From: Octopus sinensis | Taxonomy: Eukaryota | Direction: 5' to 3' | Assembly: GCF_006345805.1 (NCBI RefSeq) | Contig: NW_021826701.1 | Coordinates: forward strand, 1 to 12,142 | DNA length: 12,142 bases | Notes under the pieces: model-generated | What the model was told of the DNA's origin: nothing | Databases searched by the model: none | Seen by the model: the letters and a program-made list of their open reading frames with translations, nothing else | In this document: piece after piece, positions 1 to 8,891 of the stretch | How positions within the stretch are numbered: position 1 is the stretch's first letter | Layout: each line of letters opens with the position of its first letter | Position numbers and translations under genes: made by a program

Positions 1-872
1 AAGAAGGAAAGGTATGTATAAGTCGACTGGCTACATACCAGGTAGAGGCCACGGGTTATGGTCTCACTAGTCTTGCCGGGTCTTCTCACGCACAGCATAC
101 TTCCATAGGTCTCGGTCTCTCTAGTCATTTCCTTGGTGAGACCTAAAGTGCGAAGGTCGTGCTTCACCACCTCGTCCCAGGTTTTCCTGGGTCTATACCT
201 CTTCCCAGGTTTCCCTCAACTGCTAGGGTGTGGCACTTTTGCACACAACTATCTTCCCCCATATTCTCGTCACATGACCATACCAGCGCAAACATCTCTC
301 TTGCACACCACAACTGATGCTTCTTAGATCCACTTTTCTCTGAGGTACTTCAAACTCTGTCGAGTATGAACACTGACATTACACATCCATCGGAGCATAC
401 TGGCTTCATTTCTTGCGAGCTACGCATATCCTCAGCTTCACGGCCCATGTTTCACTACCATGTAGCATGGCTGTACGTACACATGCATCATACAGTCTGC
501 CTTTTACTCTGAGCGAGAGGCCTTTTGTCACCGCAGGGGTAAGAGCTCTCTAAACTAACTTTGCCCAGGCTATTCTTACTCTAGCATTTACACTTTCAGC
601 ACACCCATCCCCGCTACTGACTTGGTCTCCTAGGTAGCGGAAGCTATCAACTACTTTTAGTTTGTCTCCCTGGAACGTGGTAGAAGTTGGTCTCTGCGCA
701 TTTTCAGTGTTTATTGCTCCTGAGCATCTGCCACAGACAAAAACTATTTTACTAGTTAGCCTTCCTTTGACATTGCTGCACCTCTTATGTGTCCATAGCT
801 TACACTTGGTGCACCTTATAGAGTTTCTACCTACACCTTTTTTACAGATCTAGCAGGGCCATCTACCTGAAG
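1..872 (-). mobile_element. 5'-truncated, degenerate RTE-clade non-LTR retrotransposon (end of RT, C-terminus and 3' UTR)
   Basis: Minus-strand translation across stops and frameshifts gives GRWPC*ICKKGVGRNSIRCTKCKLWTHKRC...VVDSFRYLGDQVSSG...ARVRIAWAK...KGRLYDACVRTAMLHGSETWAV...RNEASMLRWMCNV...LRWYGHV...RPRKTWDEVVKHDLRTLGL...DLWKYAVREKTRQD* (stop at 67-69). YLG, LYGSETW-like, RWYGHV and GRPRKTW are typical RTE C-terminal motifs. Confidence 0.88.
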
Positions 873-1114
873 TCGTTTATGGAAAACACATATGGTCTGC
901 TTGGAATCTTACTTCAAGTTCCTGGAACTCACATCTATAACTTCATAAGTATATTTACATTCTCTAAGATGTTTGGAAAACCTATATGAAATTTAGCTGA
1001 AGATTACTTGACATTATATTTGCTGTAATATGTGCAGTTTTAAATAAAATGTTTATAGTATGAAACAATTATACTAAACTACTGATCCATTCTTGTTGCT
1101 TATATTTTGGTTTC

Positions 1115-1167
1115 ATATATATAATATATATATATACACACATATATATATACATATATATATACGC

Positions 1168-1198
<31 letters not shown>

Positions 1199-1495
1199 CA
1201 ACACCTATAATAATACATATATATATACGCATATATATCTACATATATATATATATTATACACACATATATATATACATATATATATACGCATATATATA
1301 TACATATATATATACACAATATATATACATATATATATATACTATATATACAACACATATATATATATACATATATATATACGCATATCTAATATACTAA
1401 TATATATATCCATATCTACATATATTACACATATATATATATCCACATATATATATATAATACATACATATATACACATATAATATATATAACAC

Positions 1496-1543
<48 letters not shown>

Positions 1544-1680
1544 TATACACATATATATATATATACACATATATATAATATATATATATATAACACATAT
1601 ACACATATATATCTACACATATATATATATATATATACAATATATATATACACCATATATATAATATATACCATATACAC

Positions 1681-1712
<32 letters not shown>

Positions 1713-1763
1713 TATACACATATATATAACACCATATATATATCGACATATATATATATACAC

Positions 1764-1798
<35 letters not shown>

Positions 1799-2170
1799 TA
1801 TATATATACACATATATATATATACATATCTTATATATATACACATATATATATATATACACATATATATATATATATAACACATATACACATATATATA
1901 TATACACATATATATATATATACACATATATATATACACATATATATATATACATATATATATATAATACACATATATATATACATATATATATACACAT
2001 ATATATACACATATATATACACACATATATATACACATATATACACACATATATATACATATATACACATGCATATATATACATATATACACATGCATAT
2101 ATATACATACACATATATATATACATATATATACATACATATATATACATATACATATATATACACATAC

Positions 2171-2205
<35 letters not shown>

Positions 2206-2230
2206 CATACATATATACATATATATATAT
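1115..2230. repeat. Compound (TA)n/(CA)n microsatellite, ~1.1 kb
   Basis: Almost pure alternating AT with interspersed AC and almost no G on the + strand. It accounts for all the Y/I/H/T/M/C/V ORFs in the track between 1069 and 2299. Confidence 0.98.
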
Positions 2231-2231
2231 C

Positions 2232-2950
2232 AACCTGTTTACAGAGTGTTCTGGGTGAATTCAACAGTGGTACCAGCGCTAGGCAAAGGAAGGAAATAAG
2301 AGAGAGAGTAACGGAAGAGAGACAGTGAATGTTAGAGGATGGTTGTTGGTAATGATGTTGAATAGAAAATCATGGAAGAGGGGATGCAGGGAAGACTGGA
2401 TATGTAATGAAGATAACATTGAATCTGTTCATAAGCATTATGAGATGACAGCATGCTGACAGAATAGTAAAAAGTGAGAGTGAGGCAATTGTTGAAGAGG
2501 GGTGAAGTAAATAGTGTGGTGGTTGAACGATTAAGGACAGATGAGAAGCCAGTTATCATTCGCACATGTCACAAGACACAGGAGGACAAGCGATTGGTAA
2601 GAAACAAGCAAACAGAATTCTGCCACCATTGCAAGCCTTCATTTAACTGTAAGCTAAGGTGAACGTAGGCTTATAAAAACAATTGTTTTCTGTTAGAATA
2701 GAAACTGTTACGAGTGAGAATAGAAACTGTTTACCTCAACCAACGATTGTGGAGTGAATTTGTACAAAATTAACAAACAATGAATAAATTAATTAACATT
2801 ATAACAACATTTAAGAAACAAAACTGTGGGTTAGGAATTTAACATTAACCAAGATGCTAATTAGTTTAACGAGCAGCACAATTCAAGGATGAAATGAAGG
2901 TGTTTTGAACCAGGTTTGAAAGAGAAAAGACTTCAGAGCACACGATTCAT
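2232..2950 (-). mobile_element. Highly degraded CR1/Jockey-like LINE, 3' end of ORF2
   Basis: Scattered minus-strand peptide traces in the expected order: LF L(YK)AYV(R)P-like at ~2650-2685, [12 protein letters not shown] at ~2310-2350, and LPSAGT-L(W)NS-PEH at ~2245-2285 (compare the LINE C-terminal FFPRT..LWNSLP motif). Many frameshifts are needed to read it. Confidence 0.4.
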
Positions 2951-2964
2951 TGTCATCTTGTTGG

Positions 2965-3200
2965 TGTTGTGGAAGCCCAGGTCGTTACTGATTGACTAAG
3001 CCTATGATCAAAGTGCAGTCAAGCCATGACCATCCCATCATTTTTTTTCTACAAAAGTGTACCTTGGAGTACATTATTTAAGGTGACCTTTCTACTAGGA
3101 ATCCAGGATCTCTAACTCAAAATATCCTGTATTAAGTCAGCAGGATTTGATTTGAGGGAGATTTGGGTGCTATTTCTAACAGATGGTGTCAACCCGAGGA
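2965..3200 (+). repeat. Dispersed repeat family, copy 1 (related copies at 10815-11075 and 11600-11760)
   Basis: The 13-mer CCTATGATCAAAG is identical at 3001-3013 and 11628-11640. A shared motif ATTTGG(G/C)T(G/A)CT(A/G)T(T/C)TCTA occurs at 3161, 11032 and 11712. Confidence 0.65.
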
Positions 3201-3302
3201 GGCCCCCTCCCTTGCTGGCTCCACCTGATCCAGAATGTGGTTTTGAAGATTTGCTCAAACATTTTAGATTTGCTTTTCCGGTCATTTACTCAGATTCAGG
3301 CA

Positions 3303-3329
3303 AATAATAATAATAATAATAATAATAAT
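3303..3329 (+). repeat. (AAT)9 microsatellite
   Basis: Read directly from the sequence. Confidence 0.95.
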
Positions 3330-3334
3330 ATATA

Positions 3335-3475
3335 AGTTGCAAGTGTGACTGTGTGCCTGCTTCTAAGCCTGTGGTCTTGGGTTCAGTCCCACATTGCAGC
3401 ACCTTGTGCAACTGGCTTCTTCTGAAGCCCTGGGGTGACCAAAGTCTATGGTAGATGGAAACTAAAAGAAGCCCA
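3335..3475 (+). mobile_element. tRNA-related SINE copy
   Basis: B-box-like GGGTTCAGTCCC at 3379-3390, followed by a body (accttgtgcaa...gaccaaag...ggtagatggaaactaaaagaagccc) shared with copies at 4940-5120, 5965-6125, 7365-7490 and 11405-11500. Confidence 0.6.
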
Positions 3476-4483
3476 TTGTTTTATGAACATCAGGTGGAGG
3501 GAGTTACCTTTGTCTTGACATTGTATTATGTGTTCCAAGACACATCCTGATGGGTGATCATGGCTGGAGTGGAGGTTGATCTGAGACTAAACATCATCTT
3601 AAAAGGAGATTACCTCAATTATTCAAATATGATTTGTCTCTAAAATGAGGGAGAAAAAGCTATTATTTCTGCCGTTTCAGTCTTTGCTCAATCTTCATCA
3701 ATTATTTTCGTTAAATGATAAAAAAGGGGAAAAATTAGGAAGAAATTTCTACAAAGAATAAAGTCTAAAGTTCTCTTCAAGCCACATTTTCTGCAAGAAT
3801 GATGAGGAAATTTATAAAAGAATGTTGTCTGCGAGTTTAGAACCCAAATCCTTTGGATGTAAAGAAAGCAGAGCAGAATTTAGTAAAGTGGAAAATAAAA
3901 CCTGAATAATTTAGAAGCCCCAAAGAAGTTCTGGTATTAATAAAAGAAGGATTGGTTAGAGTTTAAAGTCGGCAGAAGAAGAAAATCTCTGATTTAATAA
4001 TTAGTTAAATTAGTTAATGCCAATTAGAAGAAACAAGATCTGTGAGCAAAAGTGGAATTAGTAGGAAAGAAGTCGGTGACTTCTCTTCCATAACAATTAT
4101 TATATATGGTAGGTGCAAAAGAGAGCTGAACTGGAGAGTAGACAAACACAAACACACACACATTTATATGTAGACATATGTATTTATATATGTGGACTTA
4201 AAGTAGAATTTCAATTCAAGTTTTTAAATCTATTGTAACTGAAATTTTTCATATAACAAAATTAAAGATCTACAAACTAAATTCATAATTAAAAAGAAAG
4301 GATTCAATAATTAAATTCAGGTTATAAATTTTATAGAATCTAAATTTCAATTTAAAAAAAAAATTTAACAAATTTGTTTAGTCTGTGTTCCCCCCCCCCC
4401 TCCATGATTTGATTTCCAAAAATCAGAACTCCCTGCTCTGGAAACAAAGCCCCCAAAAAACTTGATTTGAAATTCACAATCCT

Positions 4484-4550
4484 TATATATATATATATAT
4501 ATATATATATGCATATACATATGTCTAGATACACACACACATATACACAC
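4484..4550. repeat. (TA)n/(CA)n microsatellite
   Basis: Read directly from the sequence. Confidence 0.9.
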
Positions 4551-4604
4551 GTTCACACAACTGAGATCTGAAATATGGCAAAGATCTGAAGAAATTACCT
4601 CCCT

Positions 4605-4624
4605 TTACGAACTCCCTTCGTTAC
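4605..4624 (-). CDS. GK: Candidate terminal coding exon of glycerol kinase, (G)NEGSS*
   Basis: Strong polypyrimidine tract and acceptor (ttcttgttatcttctattctgcAG) at 4626-4625, then GT AAC GAA GGG AGT TCG TAA in phase 1. This parallels the short G-IP* last exon of vertebrate GK as I recall it. UTR-like AT-rich sequence follows toward lower coordinates. The peptide is too short to show homology. Confidence 0.4.
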
Positions 4625-4939
4625 CTGCAGAATAGAAGATAACAAGAACTTGAAGGGTTCTGTGTGAGACCGTTTGTAGAGAGGAAAGTCAGAATGGACA
4701 CAGAGGTAATGGTTAGTCTGAAATGTGGTCTGCTGATATTTTAGTATAGAGACTTAATTATATATTGAAATAAAATGTTAATCATCTCCAATGTGACCAG
4801 AAAGGAATTTCACCAATTTGAAACCGTTTTCAAACTAACAACATTAGGGGCCATCATTAAAGCCTGACCTTCTGGTTTTACTACACAATAAGTTTATATA
4901 TAAACGAAACAGTTTTGTCTCTGGTTCCTCAGCCAATGG

Positions 4940-5140
4940 TTTATACCCAGCGATAAGTAGATAAGGATGCTAAAACAAAATTCCTACATGGTTTCTGTTC
5001 AACTCCCCCGTCCGGCACCTGCGGGCAAGTGTCTTCTCCCGTAACATGGGACTGACTTTTGCCTTGTGTGAGAACCTGGCAGGAAGATACTGTACAAAGT
5101 CAGTCGTGTGTGTGTGAGTGAGAGAGAGAGAGAGAGAGTA
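4940..5140 (+). mobile_element. tRNA-related SINE copy ending in (GT)n/(AG)n
   Basis: ggcacctgcGGGCAAGTgtcttct...ctgac...gccttg...actgtacaaagtc, then GT and AG repeats. The core GGGCAAGT at 5023-5030 is shared with the other copies. Confidence 0.6.
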
Positions 5141-5218
5141 TCTGTGGTGAGTACTTTAAAACTGTGTGTGTGCTTCTCATGAAAAGCAGTGGAGCTACAC
5201 GAGATGAAGTTTGTTGTC

Positions 5219-5232
5219 GTTTCCATGGCAAC
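5219..5232. promoter_or_regulatory. RFX X-box-like palindrome GTTTCCATGGCAAC
   Basis: Matches the palindromic RFX consensus GTTGCCATGGCAAC at 13 of 14 positions and fits GTHNYY-AT-RRNAAC. It lies in non-repetitive-looking sequence. Function is not shown. Confidence 0.35.
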
Positions 5233-5349
5233 AAACTGTCTGCAGATGATGTGGAAAAAGAGACCCCCCCCTTCCTTGACAAACAAGCAAGGGTTTGAAA
5301 CAAGAAAGACATTTCGCTATAAAACAACAAATCAATGATATACATTTGC

Positions 5350-5364
5350 CTGACATAGACGAGT
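5350..5364 (-). CDS. Speculative 15-nt GK micro-exon, (D)SSMS(G), with a GC donor
   Basis: Acceptor ttattgttttatgtccatttttgcAG, exon ACTCGTCTATGTCAG, donor AG|GCAAAT. Frame-preserving between the 81-nt exon and the 4624 exon. Supported by splice signals only. Confidence 0.22.
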
Positions 5365-5419
5365 CTGCAAAAATGGACATAAAACAATAAATGAATGATG
5401 TGTGTGTGTGTGTGTGTTG

Positions 5420-5760
5420 AGCAGTTGCTAAAAAGTACCTGTCTTTGGGTAAAAGAAAATACAGGGGGATCAGTTAAGGTTTTATTGAACATATTCCCCT
5501 CTCAGATTCACACACTTATTGCAGCAGTCCTTCAGTTTTTTTAAGAACTGTAAAAGAACTTGGAAGACTGGGCCTCCAATCAGTACAACCTGCTCACACA
5601 CCACAATCAGATCTGATTCGTCAACAAAGTGATTATTACCCAATAACTGAGTAATATGCAAGGGCCTGGAAGAAATAATAAGCTCAACTACTTCAACAGT
5701 CATGTGGGGTCATCATCTTGGCTCACCTCGATTCCTCTTATAATTACTTTTATGCCACTG
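5420..5760 (-). mobile_element. Degraded mariner-like transposase 3' relic
   Basis: ORF 5482..5703 ends GNNHFVDESDLIVVCEQ...LKKLKDCCNKCVNLRGEYVQ*, resembling the mariner C-terminal pattern G..F.....V...V..W...G..KL..RW.KCV...GEYVE*. An RGI...QDDDP trace (compare LQDNAP) lies upstream at ~5710-5745. Confidence 0.5.
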
Positions 5761-5964
5761 GACTTAATCCTCAAAAAAGATTTGCTGTATTGAGCATTTC
5801 TAGCTCTCACCTTTTGAATGTGTACACACACATACACAAAATCCCTTACTGGAAAAGTATAAGGGATTGGTGACAGCAAAAGTCATCTAGCCGCATTGCT
5901 GCTTCGAATGACTCCTTGTTCAACTCATAGAAAAAGGACATCAAATGAATGAATGAAATGAATC

Positions 5965-6125
5965 TACACACACACACACACATACAACAGACTTCTGTAC
6001 AGTTTCTATCAACTAAATTTACCTCTCAAGGCTTTGGTCAGCCTAGGGCTACAATAGAATTCACTTGCCCAACATGGAACACAGTGAGATTGAACTGAAA
6101 ACCCCATGGTTACAAAGTGAACTTC
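5965..6125 (-). mobile_element. tRNA-related SINE copy, inverted relative to 4940-5140
   Basis: Reverse complement reads ...agttcaatctcactg...ttGGGCAAGTgaattct...ggctgaccaaagccttgagag...gatagaaactgtacagaagtc followed by (GT)n. ACTTGCCC at 6063-6070. Confidence 0.65.
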
Positions 6126-6329
6126 ACCATGTTTCTGTCATGTGAACAAAAGTCTTGTGCAATTGTTTTCCATGTAATGAAGGCAGGTTCACACTGAAGG
6201 TGTCAAAGGTGTAATTATAAATTATATTGTTTAGGGTTTAGGTAATTGACATGAATTTCTTTTGTACACTAACTGTTAAATATGTGTGTGTGTGTGTGTG
6301 TGGTGTGTGTCCAAGAGTTTGGAGGGAAT

Positions 6330-7000
6330 GGTGCATGAGAGTAAGAACTGAGTCCTGAGACACAAGACATTTTCAAGAAGGACAATGGAAGCTGAAAAAC
6401 CCCTTAGCCATTTGTAGGCTTAAAACAGTGGAAGGTGTCCATATTGAAAAGGTCAAGAGAAAGGCCTGCATCTGAGAGCTTCCGCAGACCAGGTCTGCTG
6501 CAAAGCACAGACCAGGTGTGTAATGGAGCAAGGTTCATGGAAGATGACATTCCATGGGAGGCATAGATGCTAAAAGACAAGAGTGGGGGAAACAAAGCAG
6601 GTAACCGGAAAACAACGGTCCTGACATGGGGAGGAAGTATATAAGGGGTTCTGGATTAGTATGAGGTAATCCAGATTGAAGAAAGAAAGAAAGAAAAAAA
6701 AAACTGGTGGTAAAAATCAGAAAGTCATTGTTGAAAAGGAGGCATGGACAGACTTCTTTGAGGGGTCATGGAATAAACAGAGAGAGAAAGAGAGATAAGT
6801 GGACACTGCACCAAGAAAACCAAAAGGGCCAACTATAGAAATTGAGAGTTATTAGGTTGAAATAGTCATTATCAAGATGAAAAAAGTGGCCAGAATTAGG
6901 AGGGAGGGTCACTGAGATGGCAGAAATAATTGGTGAAGCATATTTGTCAATCAATCATTAGAAATGACTGATGTAGCAAAAACATAGTTAATTGTAAATG
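6330..7000 (-). mobile_element. Possible very old CR1/Jockey-like LINE ORF2 fragment (EN-RT linker)
   Basis: Weak traces only: LFNMDT..K...G...P...LKM..(P)EL at ~6345-6455 (compare the LINE motif L..LD.SKA.GPDGIP..VLK.CA.EL) and FW near 6825. The sequence is very diverged. Confidence 0.25.
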
Positions 7001-7139
7001 ATTAGTTAACAGGAGAAAAATTTGTAACTTAATTAGGAATGAAATTAGCTGAGGTGAAATGCAGTTTTGAGTTTGTGTGACAAAGTGGCGAACCACTGAG
7101 GACCTCCTCTGGTGAGGCAAATGATGCAGGAGAAATTGT

Positions 7140-7350
7140 TCATCATTATTATCATCATTGTTTTAACTTCCACTTTTCCATGCTCGTATGGGTTAGATGG
7201 AACTCATTGAGGCAGGTTTTCTACAGTCAGTTGTCTTTCCTGTGGCGAACACACACCTATCTGCCCATGGCCAGACATACTTTCATGGAAATTGGAAATG
7301 GATACCACTCCTTCCATGAGAATGGTACTTGCTTACTACCATCACATGAT
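7140..7350 (-). mobile_element. SINE/LINE-tail repeat with (GAT)n-like tail, inverted relative to 10005-10242
   Basis: Reverse complement ends catctaacccatacgagcatggaaaagtggaagttaaaacaatgatgataataatgatg, which aligns with tgtccaacctataccagtatggaaaagggatgtt...gatgatgacgatgatgatg at ~10180-10240. Confidence 0.6.
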
Positions 7351-7364
7351 GTCAGCACAAGGAC

Positions 7365-7490
7365 ACACACACACGCATAGCAGGCTTCTTTCAGTTTCTA
7401 TCTGCCACATTCACTCCACAAGGGTTTGACCAACTCTGGGTTATAGTAGAAAATACTTGCCCAACACACCAGATACTACACTAGCATTAA
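7365..7490 (-). mobile_element. tRNA-related SINE copy
   Basis: Reverse complement reads ttGGGCAAGTattttctactataaccc...tcaaacccttgt...gatagaaactgaaagaagcc followed by (GT)n. ACTTGCCC at 7455-7462. Confidence 0.65.
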
Positions 7491-7494
7491 TTGG

Positions 7495-7975
7495 GAGAAG
7501 GACCTTGACAAGACCCCTTGTTCTGTAATCTGATGATTGCAAAGAAAAACGGTTGGAAACGGATGGTTTGTAAGAACTGAATAAAAGACATTTGCCATCA
7601 GATTTAGTGACAACTTCAATGAGGAATTTAGTAGACAAGGACCCATTAAAGCTCAGCCCTCAGCTTGTTTCCAGGCCTTAAATGGGGGCAATGAAATCTG
7701 TCAGAAGCTCCGTAAGGTGACAATACAATGGAGAGGAAGAAGCAGTGGTTTTATTTGGAAAATTTGTGACCCAACAATGTTAGAAATGGTTGCTTAATCT
7801 GCTCATTAGAGCAGCCGTAAAGAAAAACTGTGATAAATAGGGGCCATATATTTTGAAGTCATGAATCAGAGCTGCCGGAGGAGGAATGAGATGTCTATGG
7901 CTAATGAAGAAATGAGTGGATGGATTGTTTCAACCAGATGCGTTCCATGCCGTTAAGTCTGTTGAAATGGTACAT
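7495..7975 (-). mobile_element. Possible very old CR1/Jockey-like LINE ORF2 fragment (end of endonuclease and linker)
   Basis: Faint traces: a GSSDH-like segment near 7860-7880 and an FNGS...ST segment near 7630-7655. The assignment is tentative. Confidence 0.2.
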
Positions 7976-7981
7976 AGACTA

Positions 7982-8025
7982 TACTACTACTACTACTACA
8001 ATCACAGCAACAACAACAACAACAA
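7982..8025 (+). repeat. (TAC)6 plus (CAA)6 compound microsatellite
   Basis: Read directly from the sequence. It explains the poly-T and poly-L tracts in ORFs 7920..8123 and 8002..8190. Confidence 0.95.
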
Positions 8026-8199
8026 CCAGTACAACAAAAGCAAAACCACGAGACCTGACAATCTTTTCTCTTTGTAAACCCTGTCCCAACACCATCTTAC
8101 CCCCAATGGGAACACTTTTCTAATATTTAAAAAAGACAAAAACCTCAGGAATGACTCTTGTCTTTTTTCCAAACAAAATACAAAACCCACATTACCTTA

Positions 8200-8345
8200 C
8201 CTTTAATCCTTCTGGGGAGGGAGGTGGGGTTAAAATAATGTACCAGTGACAAGCTGTGGTTGATTTAAACCAATGACACCCTTAGCCCACCCCCCTGCTT
8301 TTGTGGCCTTGTGCCAAGGTTAGAAACCAATGTTTTCTAGATAAT
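8200..8345 (-). repeat. Dispersed repeat fragment related to 10320-10385 (+)
   Basis: Both carry ggcaca(a)ggcc, then a G-rich run, then att(ac/ta)a(t)(t/c)(g/a)acc(c/a)cag. Confidence 0.4.
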
Positions 8346-8891
8346 AAAAAATCCTGAAAATGTTTTATCACTGTGATTAGGTTATTAGGTTAATCAGTCA
8401 AGTCTTCATTAATGGCAACTCATTAGGATGATATTTAACCAATCACGTTTGGCCCACAAACCCACAAGTTTCTCTCTCTACAAATTCACCTACACTGGCC
8501 CTTCTTCCTCCACACTATGACATTCCCTTCTCCCTTCCTCTTGCTCTCCTACTGTCCCCTAGCTGCACACACCCTGCTCTAACCCTTATTCCTTCCAACC
8601 CCTGCAGCCTAAAACTACAAACCCTTTTCAATTCCTTCTTTTTGTAGATTGCTGACTGGCTTCAGTCCAACCCTGAATATAAATAACATCAGGGTCACCA
8701 GTTTGTGGAGGTCATGGACACTGCTCCTTCCTCATATAAAATATAAACCCATGAAAATTTATAGATACACAATGTAAGTGCTGTAAAAGGCTTCCAAGGG
8801 GAATTGAACCTGTAGTGCTGACTCAGCTTGTAGGTCACATGTAATTAGAACTACTGACCCCGATTTCAGGAGATAACAATTTCACTGCATT

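Noticed and set aside
133-853. Plus-strand ORFs 133..327 and 662..853
   Set aside because: These are antisense shadows of the RTE coding sequence.
1069-2299. Nine long ORFs (up to 279 aa) rich in Y, I, M, C, V, H and T
   Set aside because: These are translations of the TA/CA microsatellite, which rarely forms stop codons. They are not genes.
2695-2731. 15-bp direct repeat AGAATAGAAACTGTT with a 22-bp period
   Set aside because: Only two copies, a local tandem duplication. It is not CRISPR-like and does not flank an element as a TSD.
5598-5656. Acceptor ttattatttcttccAG followed by hydrophobic (G)PCILLSYWVIITLLTNQI* and a downstream AATAAA, a tempting tail-anchor exon for GK
   Set aside because: The same DNA in another frame resembles a mariner transposase C-terminus (...KCVNLRGEYVQ*), so a TE relic is more parsimonious. 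There is no similarity to the vertebrate GK TM exon. Exonization cannot be fully excluded without RNA data.
6484-6498. Palindrome GCAGACC-A-GGTCTGC with a partial repeat at 6508-6517
   Set aside because: Short and isolated within degraded repeat sequence, with no known motif.
6650-6675. Perfect 9-bp hairpin TCTGGATTA-N8-TAATCCAGA next to an A-rich run
   Set aside because: It looks terminator-like, but the DNA is eukaryotic, the U-run is on the wrong side, and it is too short for a pre-miRNA. Likely chance.
8190-8215. Strong minus-strand donor AAG|GTAAGG
   Set aside because: The upstream sequence is a dispersed repeat fragment with no plausible in-frame GK exon.
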